DNA of 64,000 bases from the human T2T-CHM13v2.0 reference genome, Homo sapiens. A program made the position numbers and the translations under genes. Numbering within the stretch: position 1 is the first letter of the stretch; the number at the start of each line of letters is the position of its first letter. Under the pieces are notes generated by a model. The model did no database searches. It had not been told where the DNA came from and saw only the letters and a list, made by a program, of their open reading frames with translations. This document shows, in pieces, positions 30,193 to 45,832 of this stretch. The DNA is taken from the NCBI RefSeq assembly GCF_009914755.1, contig NC_060929.1. One strand, written 5' to 3'.

Positions 30193-30485
30193 ATTTTCTT
30201 TTTTTTTTTTTTCCAAAATAGGGTCTCCCTCTGTTGCCCTGGTTGGAGTACAGTGGAGCAATCATGGCTTGACCTCCTGGGCTCAGGCAGTCCTCCCACC
30301 TCAGTTTCCCAAGAAGCTGAGACTACAGGTGTGTACCACCATGCCCAGCTAGTTTTTGTATTTTTCGTAGAGTCAAGGTTTCACCTTGTTGCCCAGGCTG
30401 GTCTCAAACTCCTGGGCTCAAACAGCCCTCCTGCCTCAGCCTCCCGAAATGCGGGGATTATAGGTGTGTGCCATCACACCGAGCT
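30193..30485 (-). mobile_element. AluJ
   Basis: Reverse dimer. Confidence 0.88.
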
Positions 30486-30742
30486 TCAAGTGTATATTCT
30501 GCATTTATCTTTTTCATGTTATAGCCCTTAATTATAAAAATTATTTTTGCATAGGTTGCATACCATCATTTTCCTTATCTTTGAGTGGGGACAGTTCTGC
30601 ATAGACTGATATTTGCCCAGTGTAGTAAAAGTAAGTATTAATGCACCTGCCTTTTCCTAATGCTTTTACCTTGTAATCTGTGTGGTTATTCAGTTACTTT
30701 CAGCGGAGATAGGCAGGGAGCAGCAGAGAATAGTGATGCTGA

Positions 30743-31137
<395 letters not shown>

Positions 31138-31538
31138 TAGTGTATGTCTAGTCTGGTGTAAGGGGAGAGTAGTGGACAGTCCCAGGTTTCTCATGCTCTT
31201 CAAATTGGAGGACAGTGTGAGGTTCTGTGGCTCCCTGGCCATTTATTTAAAAGGTCCAGTCTTACTTATTTATATTTAGTCATCTTTGCTCTACAGCAAG
31301 CTGGTTCCCTCTGCTGCTCATCTCTTGACCTCTCTCCCTGGTTAGGAAACTACACAGGAGGAAATAAAAATGGCATGACCAATGGACATAACCATACATA
31401 CTGTATGGCTATGTATGTATGACTCCACGTATACCCAGAGTAAAAAGAAGCAAAACCAACTTACCCCATTAGAAAACCTCCTTTGGTGAAGGACAAGGCA
31501 GCCTTCTGTGGTGATGGTAATATCCTGTATCTGGAGAT

Positions 31539-32025
31539 TGTTACCACGTGGAAGGTCTTAACTATAAGTTGTCCTGGTTCTTGATAAATTGAACAAAACA
31601 CAAAGCAACAAAAGAATGAAGCAACGAAAGCACAGATTTACTGCAGCAAAAGTACACTCCACAGAGTGGGAGCAAGCTGGAGCAAGTGGCTCAAGGGCCC
31701 CAACTGCAATGCTCTTTAGGGTTTTTATTAACTAAAAGAATTTGGTTATACCCCCAAGTACCCTTTAGAGGCCTCTGATAGGTTATACACTATGCAAATG
31801 AAGGATTGGACCAATCAGAGGCTGAAGTGGAGGCTTGTCCTGTGACCATTCAGAGGCATTTCCCATTTGTGACATAGGGGAGAGGAGGTTATGTAGAGGG
31901 AGGGACCTCTGGCCCCTTGTCCCTTGGGCATGGAGAGGTGGGGTTTTCCTTTTGGTCCAATTTCAAGAAGTCAGCCACAGATTGGCCTTAGGCTCCCTCT
32001 TTCCAGACCTTATTCTCCTGCTTCA
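31539..32025 (-). mobile_element. Proviral 3' LTR (MER51-like)
   Basis: The - strand starts TGAAGCAGGAGAATAAGGTCTGG and ends ...GGTAACA. Preceded by a purine tract AGGAGGAAA (32026-32034). Confidence 0.88.
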
Positions 32026-32029
32026 TTTC

Positions 32030-33930
32030 CTCCTAAGAGACATGATTCCCATGAATCTTTATGGGAGACAAAGGAATCGACGGCCTTTCTTCTGTAACTG
32101 CTTCATGATGATTGGGGCGCAGTCCCTACCTATTGGGGACCATGGAACTCTCGCCCCGTTCTGTCTAGTGGAGACAGGATGACTTCTTGATGACCGGGGC
32201 TGGCATTGTCACCTGGAACTGGCAGGAAGTCCTGCTACATGATCATTTGAAGCTTAATGGCCTCAAGGCAAGAAGAAGTAAATCTGGTTAAAAGATTTAA
32301 CAAACATTGTCCAAAAATCAGTACAAGTATAATTATTAATAATGGGCCAGCCAGGGGAAGGAGCCATGAAGCCCACCTTAGTGCCCTTGACCAGGAGCCC
32401 CATGACTTGGACAGCTGTTGTCGTATTTCAGAGGCCTGCTCAGCTAATTGTCAGCCAAAATCCCTTACTAATCCTGATTTGGTTGATATAAAATCAGCAT
32501 TCTTCCTCTACGGAAAGACATAAGCCACCTTTTTCAGCAGTTAGGGTATCCAGTCCCCTTCTATTTTGTAAAGCATCCACTGCTAAGGAGTCTATCTGAT
32601 TTTCTATGGTGACAATGCTCTGGACAATGTTTTCCAGGCTGTCTGAAAGATCCTTGGACAGCATTGGTAATAGGATAGGGAAGTTGCAAGCCTGGTAACT
32701 CCTGTTTCTACTCCTGCAGTTATTCCTAACCTCATACTAAAAGGGGCATGAGTTGGATGGTTCATTTGTGCCTGGCGGTTGCAGTTATAGATATAATGAA
32801 AGACTGGTTATTGGGAGGCATATTGATCTTGGAGCTAAATAAACAAGTGTACAGATTCGAGTCCAATTGGCTGGTAAACATAAGTAGGAACTAGTCTCAC
32901 ATGGGAAAAAGGCTTCTTGTTTTTCAAGACAAAAATTGTTCTCTATGGTGAACGTATGAGTTAGCTTGTTGTTTTCACTTTCCCAAGTGGTTAAAGTCCT
33001 TGCTAAAGTGGCCCCGATTAAAGGCTGGAAGGAGCCTTGGGAAGTATCCTGAGTTGCTCCAGTGGTTTTGTTCTTCCCTCAGTGTAGGTAGTTATGCTTA
33101 GTATCCACCAACAACCACCTAGAGGTATTTTCATAATGGGGAACTAAAAGGCAGCTAGATGTCTCAGAGTTAGTACAGTCTTCCCAAGGGAAAATGTGAA
33201 CACAGCTGGTGGGCCTACCCTGACAGTACTTAGACAGTACTTAGTACTTAGACTGTGAATCCTTTAAAGTACCCTTAACTAGGGGTGGTTTCCCTGAAAA
33301 CTGTACAGGTTTCCTAAATGATGCAGTCTGGGTAACTGCATAGCTTACATGATCATGTGAGGGGTTAATACCTAGGGTATAGCTGCATTGATGACTTTTC
33401 AAAATTTTTGCTTCTTTTAATACAAAGGGCCTGACCAAAATTTTTGCTTCTTTTAATACAAAGAGGCGCATGGAATCTTAGTTCTGTGTGCATTGATATT
33501 GAGCCCCAAATGGGTTTTTGAGGGGATGTGACCCCAGAAAGGTTGCTTTGGTAGGACTGGAGAAGGTTTACTGTTTATCCTGTCATTGTAACCTTTGTCA
33601 ATTTTGTAACTTTGGAGTCATATAAGTCATCCAGGTTCATTAATTTGAAGGGGATTCTTCCCTTATGGTTCAGGTGAGATAGGTCATTTTTTCAGAGGCC
33701 CAAGATTGGGTTGGGATTGGGATGGCAGCATATTTGGATGATGATGGAGATAGACGAAGCCAACAGTGCTTTGCCAAAGGTGGACTGGTGGTATTTAACA
33801 GTCTTTGTGTTTAATTAATGTTCTTAATAAATAACCAGAATTCACTAATTGCCGGAGGGGTAGGGTGAGCCCCACTGAAAAATTAAGCTAATTCCCTGTA
33901 TATACGGTCCAGTATACACAGGCCATGGCG
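32030..33930 (-). pseudogene. ERV env remnant (gamma-type)
   Basis: SU CWL(C>R) motif near 33755-33770, furin site RHK(R>stop), fusion peptide LGITAGVETG, ISD LQNRRGLDTLTAEKGGL (32521-32571), CX6C(C>stop). Contains stops and frameshifts. Confidence 0.9.
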
Positions 33931-34736
33931 AATCATTATGGGAGCCAAAAGCACTTAAGTGTTATTTTGTCCTTTTGAATAGGAACTTCAGGTCTTCGGG
34001 TAGTGGTGATGGGAGCTTCAGGTTCCAGGTCCAGGACTTCAGCTATGGCAGACTTGATCCTGGAACGAGGTATCCAACTATCTAATGCTAGTACTTTGAC
34101 TGCAGAAGGCATAGCCAACACCACTGAAAAAGGTCCCTTCCATTTGGGTTGTAGTTGTTGAGTGGGGGACCCCTCTTTCCGTGTTTTAACAACTACCTTA
34201 TCTCCTGGCCTGACCTTGAATTGCTGGTTAGTTCCTGATGTGGGAAGCCTTTGAGTTCCAAACTTTTGTAGTGCCTGCTGAAATTGTCCTAGGTTAACTA
34301 GGTACTGTATTAAACCAGCCATTTCTGGATCAGTAATTAGATCATTAGTTAAAAATGGCCTCCTATATAGCATCTCATATGAGCTCATATGTATTTTTGC
34401 TCTCTAAAAGTTGTGGATTCTTAAGAGGGCTATGGGCAGTAAGCTGACCCAAGTTTCTGATGTTTCCTGGCATAGCTTAGCTAACACCCATTTCAGAGTT
34501 TGATTAGCCCTTCTTTCCCAGAGGATTGAGGCCTCCATGCTGAATATAAATAGTATTTGATTCCGAGAGCCTTAGCAACCCCTTGAGTAAAGATGGGCCG
34601 TTATCACTTTGGAGGCTTTGGGGTTACACAAACCAGGGATTATTTCCTTTAAGAGAACCTTTATAACTTCATTAGCCTTCTCTGTTCTGGTAAAGTAACC
34701 TTCAACCCAGCCAGGAAAGGTGTCTATTAGTACTAA

Positions 34737-35155
34737 CGATAGAGACAGGAGACAGCCAAATGCCACTCAGATCATTGTGCACAGGGAGCTTGCCTAAACA
34801 TGGCCACGTTGAAAAATTCTGTCCCTTAATACATGCACAGTAAGGGAAATAAGTCAGTGTGGAGTGGCTCAGACTAAGGGCCCCCCTGCACACTGTAAGA
34901 ATGGTGTGGAGCACCAGGAATTCACACCTTCTCTCAGGAGGAGCCTGGCCTCTTCAGCCCCTGTGTGGTGGCCTGGTATTCAGTCTGTGAGGTGGGAGCC
35001 TGTTGGCAGGACCCCCTCTTTCTTTGCTGAGAGCTTTCTTTTCACCTAATAAATCTGCCCTCCTCGCCCTTCAATGTCTGTGTGCCTAATTTTTCCCAGA
35101 TGTGAGACTAGAACCTGGATTTTAGCTGAACTAAGGAGCAGAAAATCCTGTATCA
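34737..35155 (+). mobile_element. MER61-like ERV1 solo LTR inserted in the integrase
   Basis: Starts (c)gatagagacaggagacagccaaatgcc, contains aataaa, ends agctgaactaaggagcagaaaatcctgtatca. TSD ctaa/ctag. Removing it restores the reading FLLVLIDTF. Confidence 0.82.
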
Positions 35156-35403
35156 CTAGCAAGAACTTGCATCCTCTGCAGGCTGGCATATGGGGAAAGT
35201 CCAATTGCCTGGATGAGTTCACCTTCTCTGGACTGGTTCCATTAGAGGAGGCATTTTGTTTCCTGAGTTGTTGAATGCACACAGTGAGCAGGCTTGACAG
35301 ACCTGCTTAATCACCAAAGCTAAGTTAGGCCCAATAAAGAGCCTGTTTATGATGGCCAGAGTAGCATCTCCCCCCATACAGAAAGATTCATGCAGGGTGT
35401 TTA

Positions 35404-35709
35404 GGCTGGGCACTGTGGCTTATGCCTGTAATCTTGCCACTTTGGGAGGCCTAGGTGGGTGCATCACTTGAGGCCAGGAGTTCAAGACCAGCCTGGCCAA
35501 CATGGCGAAACCTCATCTCTACTAGAAATAAAAAAAAAAATTAGCCGGGCATGTGGTCTGCACCTGTAATCCCAGCTACTCTGGAGGCTGAGGCAGGAGA
35601 ATCGCTTGAACCCAGGAGGCAGGTTGCAGTGAGCCAAGATCATGCCACTGCACTCCAGCCTGGATCACAAAGCGAGACACTGTGTCCAAAAAAAAAAAAA
35701 AAAAAAAAA
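35404..35709 (+). mobile_element. AluS in pol
   Basis: TSD tcatgcagggt(g/t)ttta. Confidence 0.92.
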
Positions 35710-36842
35710 GTCATGCAGGGTTTTTATAACTTTCCATTGGGCTGTTTGAGGGAGATATATACTTTTGATCCTGTATGCCACCAGGATCCTTGTTTTTGTC
35801 CCCCTCGTTCTTTTATTAACTACTCTTCTGTGATGTGTATTCAGATTCTACTGGGAATCATAAAAATGGAGGCAGTGCTAAGATTTGTTGAGACTGCACC
35901 CCATGGGCTGCTGCGTTGGCTTTCTTAGTCTTTTTGTTCCCGTGTGCTATACGGGTTAAGTCCTTTTGATGCCCCTTACAATGGATTATGGATATGACTT
36001 TTGGCAAGTGTATCGCTTCCAATAGTTGAAGAATTTCAGACCCATGCTTTATGGGGGAATGTTTACTAGTTAGTAGTCCTCTTTCTTTCCAAATTGCAGC
36101 ATGAACATGAACCACAAGAAATGCATATTTAAAATCTGTATAGATGTTAACCTTTTCCCCTTTTCCTAATATCAGGGTTTGAGTAAGAGCAATTCTATCA
36201 GCTTTTTGTGCTGACATGCCTGGGGGCAGCAGCTGGAAATCAGTAATGGTATTGTAATTTAATACTGCATATCCAGCCTGGCATTCCCCACCCCCACCCC
36301 ACCCTGCATTTGACATGAAGCTACTGCAATCTATGAATCTGTCATCCTCTGAATCTGGGAGGGGCTGATCTTTTAAATCATGTCGGATGACATATGTGTA
36401 TGTGATGACCTGCTCGCAGGAATGATTAATTATTGGGCCTCTGGGAAGCAATGAAGCCATATTTCAGGGTGTTATAGGTTTAAGGGTAACCTCTGGATTG
36501 TCCAGGACCATAGCCAGGTATTTGGTTAACCTTTCTCCCGTCATCCAGATACATCCTTTTATTCCTAGGACTGACTTTACCTGATGTGGGCTTAACACTT
36601 CCAGTGGTTGACTCAGGGTGATTTTAGTGGCTTCCTCCACTAAAATAGCAGTGGCTGCTACTACTGCCCACAGGCAGGTTGGCCACCCTGAAACCACTCC
36701 ATTCAATTTCTCTGAAAAGCAAGTGGTTGGTCTGGGTTCTGATCCCAATTTCTGGGTTAGCACTCCCACAGCTATACCCCAAATACTGGACCTGTTGGAG
36801 GGTGAATTGAACCTTCTTTTTGGACACTTTGTATTCAAGTAA

Positions 36843-37300
<458 letters not shown>

Positions 37301-37537
37301 CCCTTAGATCCCTTTCTAAGGCTCAGGCAAAAAATAAAATAAAATAGGGGCTATCCCAAAAGCCCTGAGGGAGTACTGTCCAACTAGTTGTATTGTCATT
37401 GTTCTCTGCCGTTAGGATCTTCCCATTCAAAATAAAAAGGTATTGAGATTCTAGGGCCAGAGGAATGGAAAAGAAAGCATCTTTTAAGTCTAGGACTGAG
37501 AACCATTCCCCGGCCCTTGAGTTAAAAGAACATATGG

Positions 37538-38000
<463 letters not shown>

Positions 38001-38497
38001 TCAGGGTTTTAGAGTCCTTGGCCAAGCAACTCCTTAACTACATATGCTAAGCCCTTTCGTGCTTCCAGCTTAATTGGGTATTGTTTTTGGTTGGGAAAAC
38101 GACTGGATTCTTTAAGCTGTATTTTGGAGCACTGCCATTCTAGCTCTTCCAGGCCTCCCAGTGTACCATGCTAGTGGTTGACATGTTTGTTGACATGGCC
38201 TGGAACATTGTCTGCATCACTTAGCGTTAGCAATCTTGATGGGTGGTACTTAAATTGTAGCAGTGCCCCTATTTTAACCATAATATCCCTTCTCAAGGGG
38301 ACTGGGCAGCTTGGTACTATTAGAAACTCCTGTGGGAAAATGTGTTTTTCAGATTGGCAGGTTAAAGGAGAGATAAAATGCCTGACTTTATTTTTCCCTT
38401 CCATTCCTATAATAGTCATGGTCCTAGTTGAGGGTTTTCCTGAATAAGCAGTAAGGGCAAACTAGCTTGGCCGTGTATTAAAAAGAAACTGAATTTG

Positions 38498-38851
<354 letters not shown>

Positions 38852-38906
38852 TCAGTAGTAATAATGATGTGCCTGGACAGGGGCAGTGAGGAAGTCCCAG
38901 GCCCCT

Positions 38907-40416
38907 TCAGTCTTCATCTAGCTCCTTCTTTTGCACTGCTAGAGTCTTGACTGACTGAGCCCCTTGGTGGGAGCCAGGGCAGTCAGTTCTCCAGTGCCAG
39001 GGGTCATGACTGGTGCTTTCACACTGATGGCAGCGGCTTAATGCAGTCCTTTGCCCAATGTCCATTTTTCTTGCACTTGAAGCAAGAGCCTTGTTGGCAT
39101 CATCCTTATGGCCCTTTGGGTTTCCCTTTAATGCTCTTTGGGCACTTAGCGCGTTGGCTGTGATGGCTACCATAATTTTGGTGTGTCATTTTTTCTCTAC
39201 TCTGTTCTTTTTTCCCCTCCTCCAGGTCACGATTGTTATATACCATAAAGGCAGTATCAGGAAACTGATTTTGGTTATTAGTGGTCCCATATTGCAATTT
39301 TTGGAGCTTGCACCTGATGTCCAGAGTGGACTGGCTGATAAAATGCTGTGCCATTAGCACAATACCCTTGGGAGAGGAAGGGTCTAAATTTGTATATTTT
39401 CTGAAGGCCTCTTCCAACCTGCCATAAAACATAGCTGGGTTTTTCTCCTTCCCTTATGTGACTTCCCTGACCTTATAATTTATGGTCTTGGTTATCCCCT
39501 TTTTCATCCCTCCAAGGAGTGCCTCAAGAAACTTTGCTTGCCTGTTTATTTCCACAGGGGTATTATAATCCCATTTAGGGTCAGTGGTGGGCACTGTGTC
39601 TGGGCCCAGGTGATTGCCCTGGGGATTTCAGGCAAACGTATTGTCTGCCTCACAGTGGGCAGCTTCAAAAATGCTTTCCTTTTCCATAGGGGTGTAGCAG
39701 CATGCTAAAATAAATTGGATACCTCTCCCTGATAAATTGAAGGCCAGAACCAAGGTCTGGAACCCATCTACAAACTTGCCAGGGTCGTCAGAGTATCTTT
39801 TCAGTTTTTCTTTACATTGTTGAATATCAGTTATGGCAAATGAGACTTGCACTCAAAGTGGCCCTTCTGCTCCTGCTACTTTCCCTAAGAGGCAGTAGTG
39901 TCAGGGGAGCTGCTGAGTAGGGTGTTCCACTTCGGTTATGTTGGGGGCTGAATATAAGTTTTTTCCTTCTCTGGGTGGCCTTGCATGGTTGGAGCATTTG
40001 ACAAGGGGTTATATAGGGGTGGCTGTGGTTCCCCCTGAGAGACAAGTGACCCTTGTGAGAGAGGATCATCCACAATGTCTGGCTCAGTCTTGGGGCTCTC
40101 CATTTGAGGGCAAGTCTTGGGAGACTTACAGATGGAAGTATTCTGATACAAAGCTGTAAAAGCTTGAATGTGTATGGTATTTCTGACCATTTACCCTGTC
40201 TTTTGCAAAATAAGTCTAATTGCAGAATAGTGTGTCATAGTTAAGGCACCCATTGACTGGCTGTTATTCCTGACTGTCCAGCTGATACTGGGGCCATGCA
40301 ATATTACAATGAAAAATCAAGCGTTTCCTTTTCAGATTGTCAGGGTCAAATTGACTCCAGTGGTTTAGGATGCAGCCAAGAGGGGAATCAGGTGGAATAG
40401 ATGGGGTGCTTCCCAT
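38907..40416 (-). pseudogene. ERV gag remnant
   Basis: ATG at 40416 gives MGSTPSIPPDSPLGCILNHWSQFDPDNLKRKRLIF. MHR-like NPAMFYGRLEEAFRKYT, two Zn-knuckle remnants (GHWAKDC; CHQC...HWRTDC), ends ELDED-TGA before protease. Confidence 0.9.
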
Positions 40417-41272
40417 AGCGGTCTGGAAGAGAAAAGAGATCCTCAGGAGGGCTTATTTGTTCATCCACAATTTCTACCTGGGGTATCCTCGAGGGGAAGT
40501 CTTGGGTTTGGCATTGGATCCCCAGGGGGATCCCTTTAGGTCAAGTCTTAGAGTGTCAGACATCTCTGACCTTAGGTGGGCACTGGCACCACTTTCTGTG
40601 TTTTCCCTTGGTAGGCAATGGCCTACCGTGAGCTTCTCTTTTGTTCCTGGGTATACTGTCTGGCGTTTAGCATCCCACCAATTTAGATACACCATATCTT
40701 CTTGCATTCCTTGTAGGGTTATGGTAATAGCCAAAAATCTTAATATCAATAACATTAAGGTTGGTGGAGTATTTCTTGTAGCCAGGAAGGATGGAGGGTG
40801 GTATATGAATCCCTGCGGCTGGTAATTTACTTTGGGGTCTGGACAGGAAAAATAATGTTTAAGAAGCCCCAAGATGTGGGGGTCTTCTCTAAGCTTGTTC
40901 TTTTTTGCACTTTCCATGTATAAACAAACAGGGCATGCAGATAAGTAATGGGGGGCTCAAATGCAACAACAGTTTTGCAGTCCCTGGCCCCCACAAAGCA
41001 TTTGCAAGGCAAGGGTAGAAATTAGAAGGTGAAGGATTAAATTATCTCAAAGACATTATTGCTGCACATACGCAAACCTGACCGTTGCATGGATTTGTCT
41101 TGTGCTTGGCAGGATCTAGATGTCCTGTTCCATGACTAAGTTATCATGTCATGGGAGACTTCAAGCGGTGGATGCCCTAGTGGCTTTTAACTGCCCCACC
41201 CATGCCTGCAAATGGCAGCCTTGATAAAAAGAAGGAGAAAAAGAAATCTAAACTCCTGGCAATTGTGCTTAC

Positions 41273-41290
41273 TTCCTGGCTGGCTCGTCA
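41273..41290 (-). other. Primer-binding site, tRNA-Arg(ACG)
   Basis: The + strand ttcctggctggctcgtca matches the tRNA-Arg 3' end ctcctggctggctcgcca at 16/18 positions, 5 nt from the 5' LTR. Confidence 0.85.
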
Positions 41291-41295
41291 ATATA

Positions 41296-42163
<868 letters not shown>

Positions 42164-43011
42164 GGATAATGCTAGTTACATGGGTATGTCCACTTAGTGC
42201 ATTTTTGTATGTATATTAAACTTCAATAAGATTTGTTTTCAAAGCATGCTGAAAGGTTATTCTTCAAACTTTCTTCACCTGCAAGCTGGGTATGCAATGA
42301 GTGCTCACCACCCATGCTGAGTTCATGCATATCCCACTCTAACCATATCCAGTGTAAGCATTGTTGAGAGGGCTCACTGCACACTCCCTGTATCTTGCAT
42401 AAGATGAGTGTCAAATATCAGCACGCTCCTTCAGTTTTTTGGTCCCCATTTCATTGTATTTGACAGACGTTCTTCAGAGTCTATTCAGTGGAATTGTGGC
42501 TGTTCTGATTTCATTATAGATATTTCCTTCTCAGTGTTTGCTTGGCCTTGTTTGTTATTTCTCAGGGGAAGAAGTGGAGGAATACATTTTATGTCCCATC
42601 CATGTTTCGTGGAAGACTCGTCTTTCCTTTTTTAGAAATGATGAATAAAATTGGGCATAATTTTGACCCTAAACCTAATCTTAGCCATACTTTTTGGGAC
42701 TGGCTCATTTTTAAAAACAAAAAGTTAGCCTATATTCCTGCTATTGAATTATTTAAATAAGTACCCAATTCATATAATTTCTGAAGGCTATAAGATGTGT
42801 TCAGAAGAAGCCTTTAAGAATTCTTCTTTGTCTTCTGCTGTCTCTTTGTAGCTGCACCTTGCCTGGTGGAACAGCACACAGAGTTATTTCTTTGTGTAAA
42901 ATGCATATTTAGTCATGCATTTTTTTATTGTTTTTGTTTTGTTCAGGCTCTGAGGTATATTTGTGAAGGTTATGAATCAAAAATAAAGTAGGAGTATAGC
43001 AGTTTCTGATG

Positions 43012-44067
43012 TATCAGGGGAACCAGCCTCCAGTATCTCAACGTAGGTTCTTTTCTATTTTCCCTAAGTGTTGGCCGGTCTGAGAAATAAAGAGAAAGAG
43101 TACAAAAGAAAGAAATTTTACAGCTGGGTCTCTGGGGGTGACATCACATGTTGGCAGGTTCCTTGATGCCCCTTGAGCCACAAAACCAGCAAGTTTTTAT
43201 TAGGGATTTCAAAAGGGAAGGAGTGTACGAATAGGGAGTGGGTCACATGCTTCAAAGGCAATAAAATATCACAACAGCAGAGAGGCAGAGTGAGATCACA
43301 AGGCCAGGGTGAAACTAGAATTACTGATGAAGGTCCATGTCCTGCTGGGCACACATTGTCATTGATAAACATCTTAAGAGGAAACAGGGTTTGTGAGCAG
43401 ACAACCAGGCTGGAATTTCCTAATCCTAGCAAGCCTGGGGGTGCTGCAGGAGGCCAGGGCATATTTCATCCCATGTCTACAACTGCATAAGACAGACACT
43501 CCCAGAGCAGCCATTTTAGAGACCTACCCCTGGGAATGCATTCGTTTTCCCAGGGTTATTCCTTGCTGAGAAAAGAATTCAGCGACATTTCTCCTATTCG
43601 CTTTCTGAAAGAAGAGAAATATGACTCTGTTCTGCCAGGCCCCACAGGCAGTCAGACTTTATGGTTATCTCCCTTATTCCCTGAAAATCACTGTTATCCT
43701 GTTCTTTTCAAGGTGCTCAGATTTCATATTGTTCAAACACACATGTTTTACAAACAATTTGTGCAGATAACGCAATCATCACAGGGTCCTGAGGCGATAT
43801 ACATCCTCAGCTTACGGAGATGACGGAATTAAAAGATTAAAGTAAAGACAGGCATAGGAAATTATAAGAGTATTGATTGGGGAAGTGATAAATGTTCATG
43901 AAATCTTCACAATTTATGTTCAGAGACTGCAGTAAAGACAGGCATAAGAAATTATAAAAGTATTAATTTGGGGAACTAACAAATGTCCATGAAATCTTCA
44001 CAATTTATGTTCTTCTGCCGTGGTTTCAGCAGGTCCCTCCGTTCAGGGTCCCTGACTTCCCGCAACA
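43012..44067 (-). mobile_element. MER11 solo LTR (HERV-K11/HML-8, ERVK)
   Basis: The - strand starts TGTTGCGGGAAGTCAGGGACCC, with a 2-copy ~90-bp internal tandem repeat. Perfect 6-bp TSD CTGATG at 43006-43011 and 44068-44073. Confidence 0.93.
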
Positions 44068-44332
44068 CTGATGACCAGAAACAAAGAAGAAAAGTCAATG
44101 ATGAGGAAATCTTAGCTGTGTCTTAGGAGCTCACAACCTGTATGGGTCATAATGGATTTGTCTGTGCTCTGTTGTATTGATAATTATTTTAACAATATCT
44201 AATATCACTTATAATATTACTATCAATAGTAGTAAGAAATGATAAAGTATCTTATTACTTTCATACTTACTTCCCAACAACTTTGTTTCTCTGATTCAGG
44301 AATAGTATCAAGTAGCTTAAAAAATAAAATAA

Positions 44333-44635
44333 GCTGGGTGTGGTGGCTCATGCCTGTGATCACACCGCTTTGGAAGGCTGAGGCAAGAGGATCACTTCAC
44401 CCCAGGAGTCTGTCTGAGACGATCCTGGGCAACATAGTGAGACTCTGTCTCTACAAAAAATAAATTAGCCAGGTATGAGGGTGTGTACTTTTAGGTCCCA
44501 GCTACTCTGAGATGGAAGGATCGCTTGACCCCAGGAGGTCAAGGCTGCAGTGATCCTTGATCGTGCCACTGCACTCCAGCCTGGATCACAGAGCGAGACC
44601 CTGTCTCAAAAATAAAATTAATTAATTAATTAAAA
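44333..44635 (+). mobile_element. AluJ
   Basis: Dimeric Alu with (AATT)n tail. Confidence 0.88.
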
Positions 44636-45832
44636 AGACAGTTGAGACTTTAATTTCCAGTTCAAATGGAGTAAGCAGCACATACCACTTTACCTTTCCC
44701 AATGATTACAACCAAAAACCCTTGAAAGAAAACATAAAACAATTAGGAGTCTGAAAAGTAAATAACAGGCAGACTGGGGAGGGAAGTAAAGACTGAGGGA
44801 TAATCCATACAGAGGTGAGGTCCTGGGTTTTTGTGTGTTTCTCCTTCCTCCTGTATCTCCTGGCCTATAGACTAAAATGTCTAGTGCACAGTGGGTGTGG
44901 ACAGAAAAAGCTCTAAGAGAAACCTTCTTGTTACAGGACTAGGAAGGGAGACTTCCTGTGAGGTGGATATAGTTGGGGAAATCCTCTGGGATTTTTCCTC
45001 TCCCAGCCCTTCCCCAAGTCAAACCACAGTCCTGCAACTTCCCTCCTGCAGTGGCAGAGATAGTGGTGGCAACAGCAGCAGCAGGAGATACACGGGCACC
45101 TAAAACTCTGAAGGAGAAATTCTCTCTGACCATAAGAAGTCATAAATGGGGCCCTGTTATTTCCGTTATTGTTGTTGCTCTCTGTTCTTTCAACACTTTA
45201 CACTAGACGTGGACTCAGTCATGAAAAGTGGACTACAATGCAAGGGGGATAAAACTTTGAATTTCTACTTTTCTAGCCACACAAGCAGAAAAAGAGGCTC
45301 TTGGCAGCAGGAGAGTATGGGGGAAATCACAGAAAAGAGGAAGCTCAAGGAAAAGTTCCTAAAAAGCTGTGTATAAAGTCCTTGGCTCCACCCCCAGCTG
45401 CTCATGCATGGAGCTGACCCAAAGCAATATACCAAAGGCTCTGAGAACTGGCTGTGGTGTAGACTACCACCAGAATGACCACCTGGGTGATGCACATGTG
45501 AGGCAGATCCAAGTAGCACTGCAAAACCTTTGGAAACTGAAGTGACACTAAAGCCACAGCTTACTAAAGGTATGTCCAAACTTATGATCTGAACCAACCA
45601 GGTTAATTGGCAGCTAAAACAACAAAGTAAACATTCACCAAAGGACTTTAACAAGACTCAGAGACTTGTAAAATATATGTAACATTCAGGAATAATCTAA
45701 AATTGCTCAACATATAAGGAACCAGGAAAATCTCACCAACTTGCAAGAAACAAGCCAGTCCCAAAATGATTCAGATGTTAAACCTATCAGACAGTGACTT
45801 CAAAGCAGCTATTACAGCCAAGTTCCAGGTAT

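Noticed and set aside
33936-34388. 150-aa ORF
   Set aside because: Integrase C-terminal remnant; the upstream core is disrupted by frameshifts and an LTR.
35858-36460. 200-aa ORF, the longest in the window
   Set aside because: It is a residual RNase H stretch of a pol broken by stops, Alus and a deletion, with degenerate catalytic motifs. No sign of domestication.
41273-41290. Match to tRNA-Arg
   Set aside because: Only the 18-nt 3' end is present; it is a retroviral PBS, not a tRNA gene.
43840-44012. ~90-bp tandem duplication
   Set aside because: A normal internal feature of MER11 LTRs.
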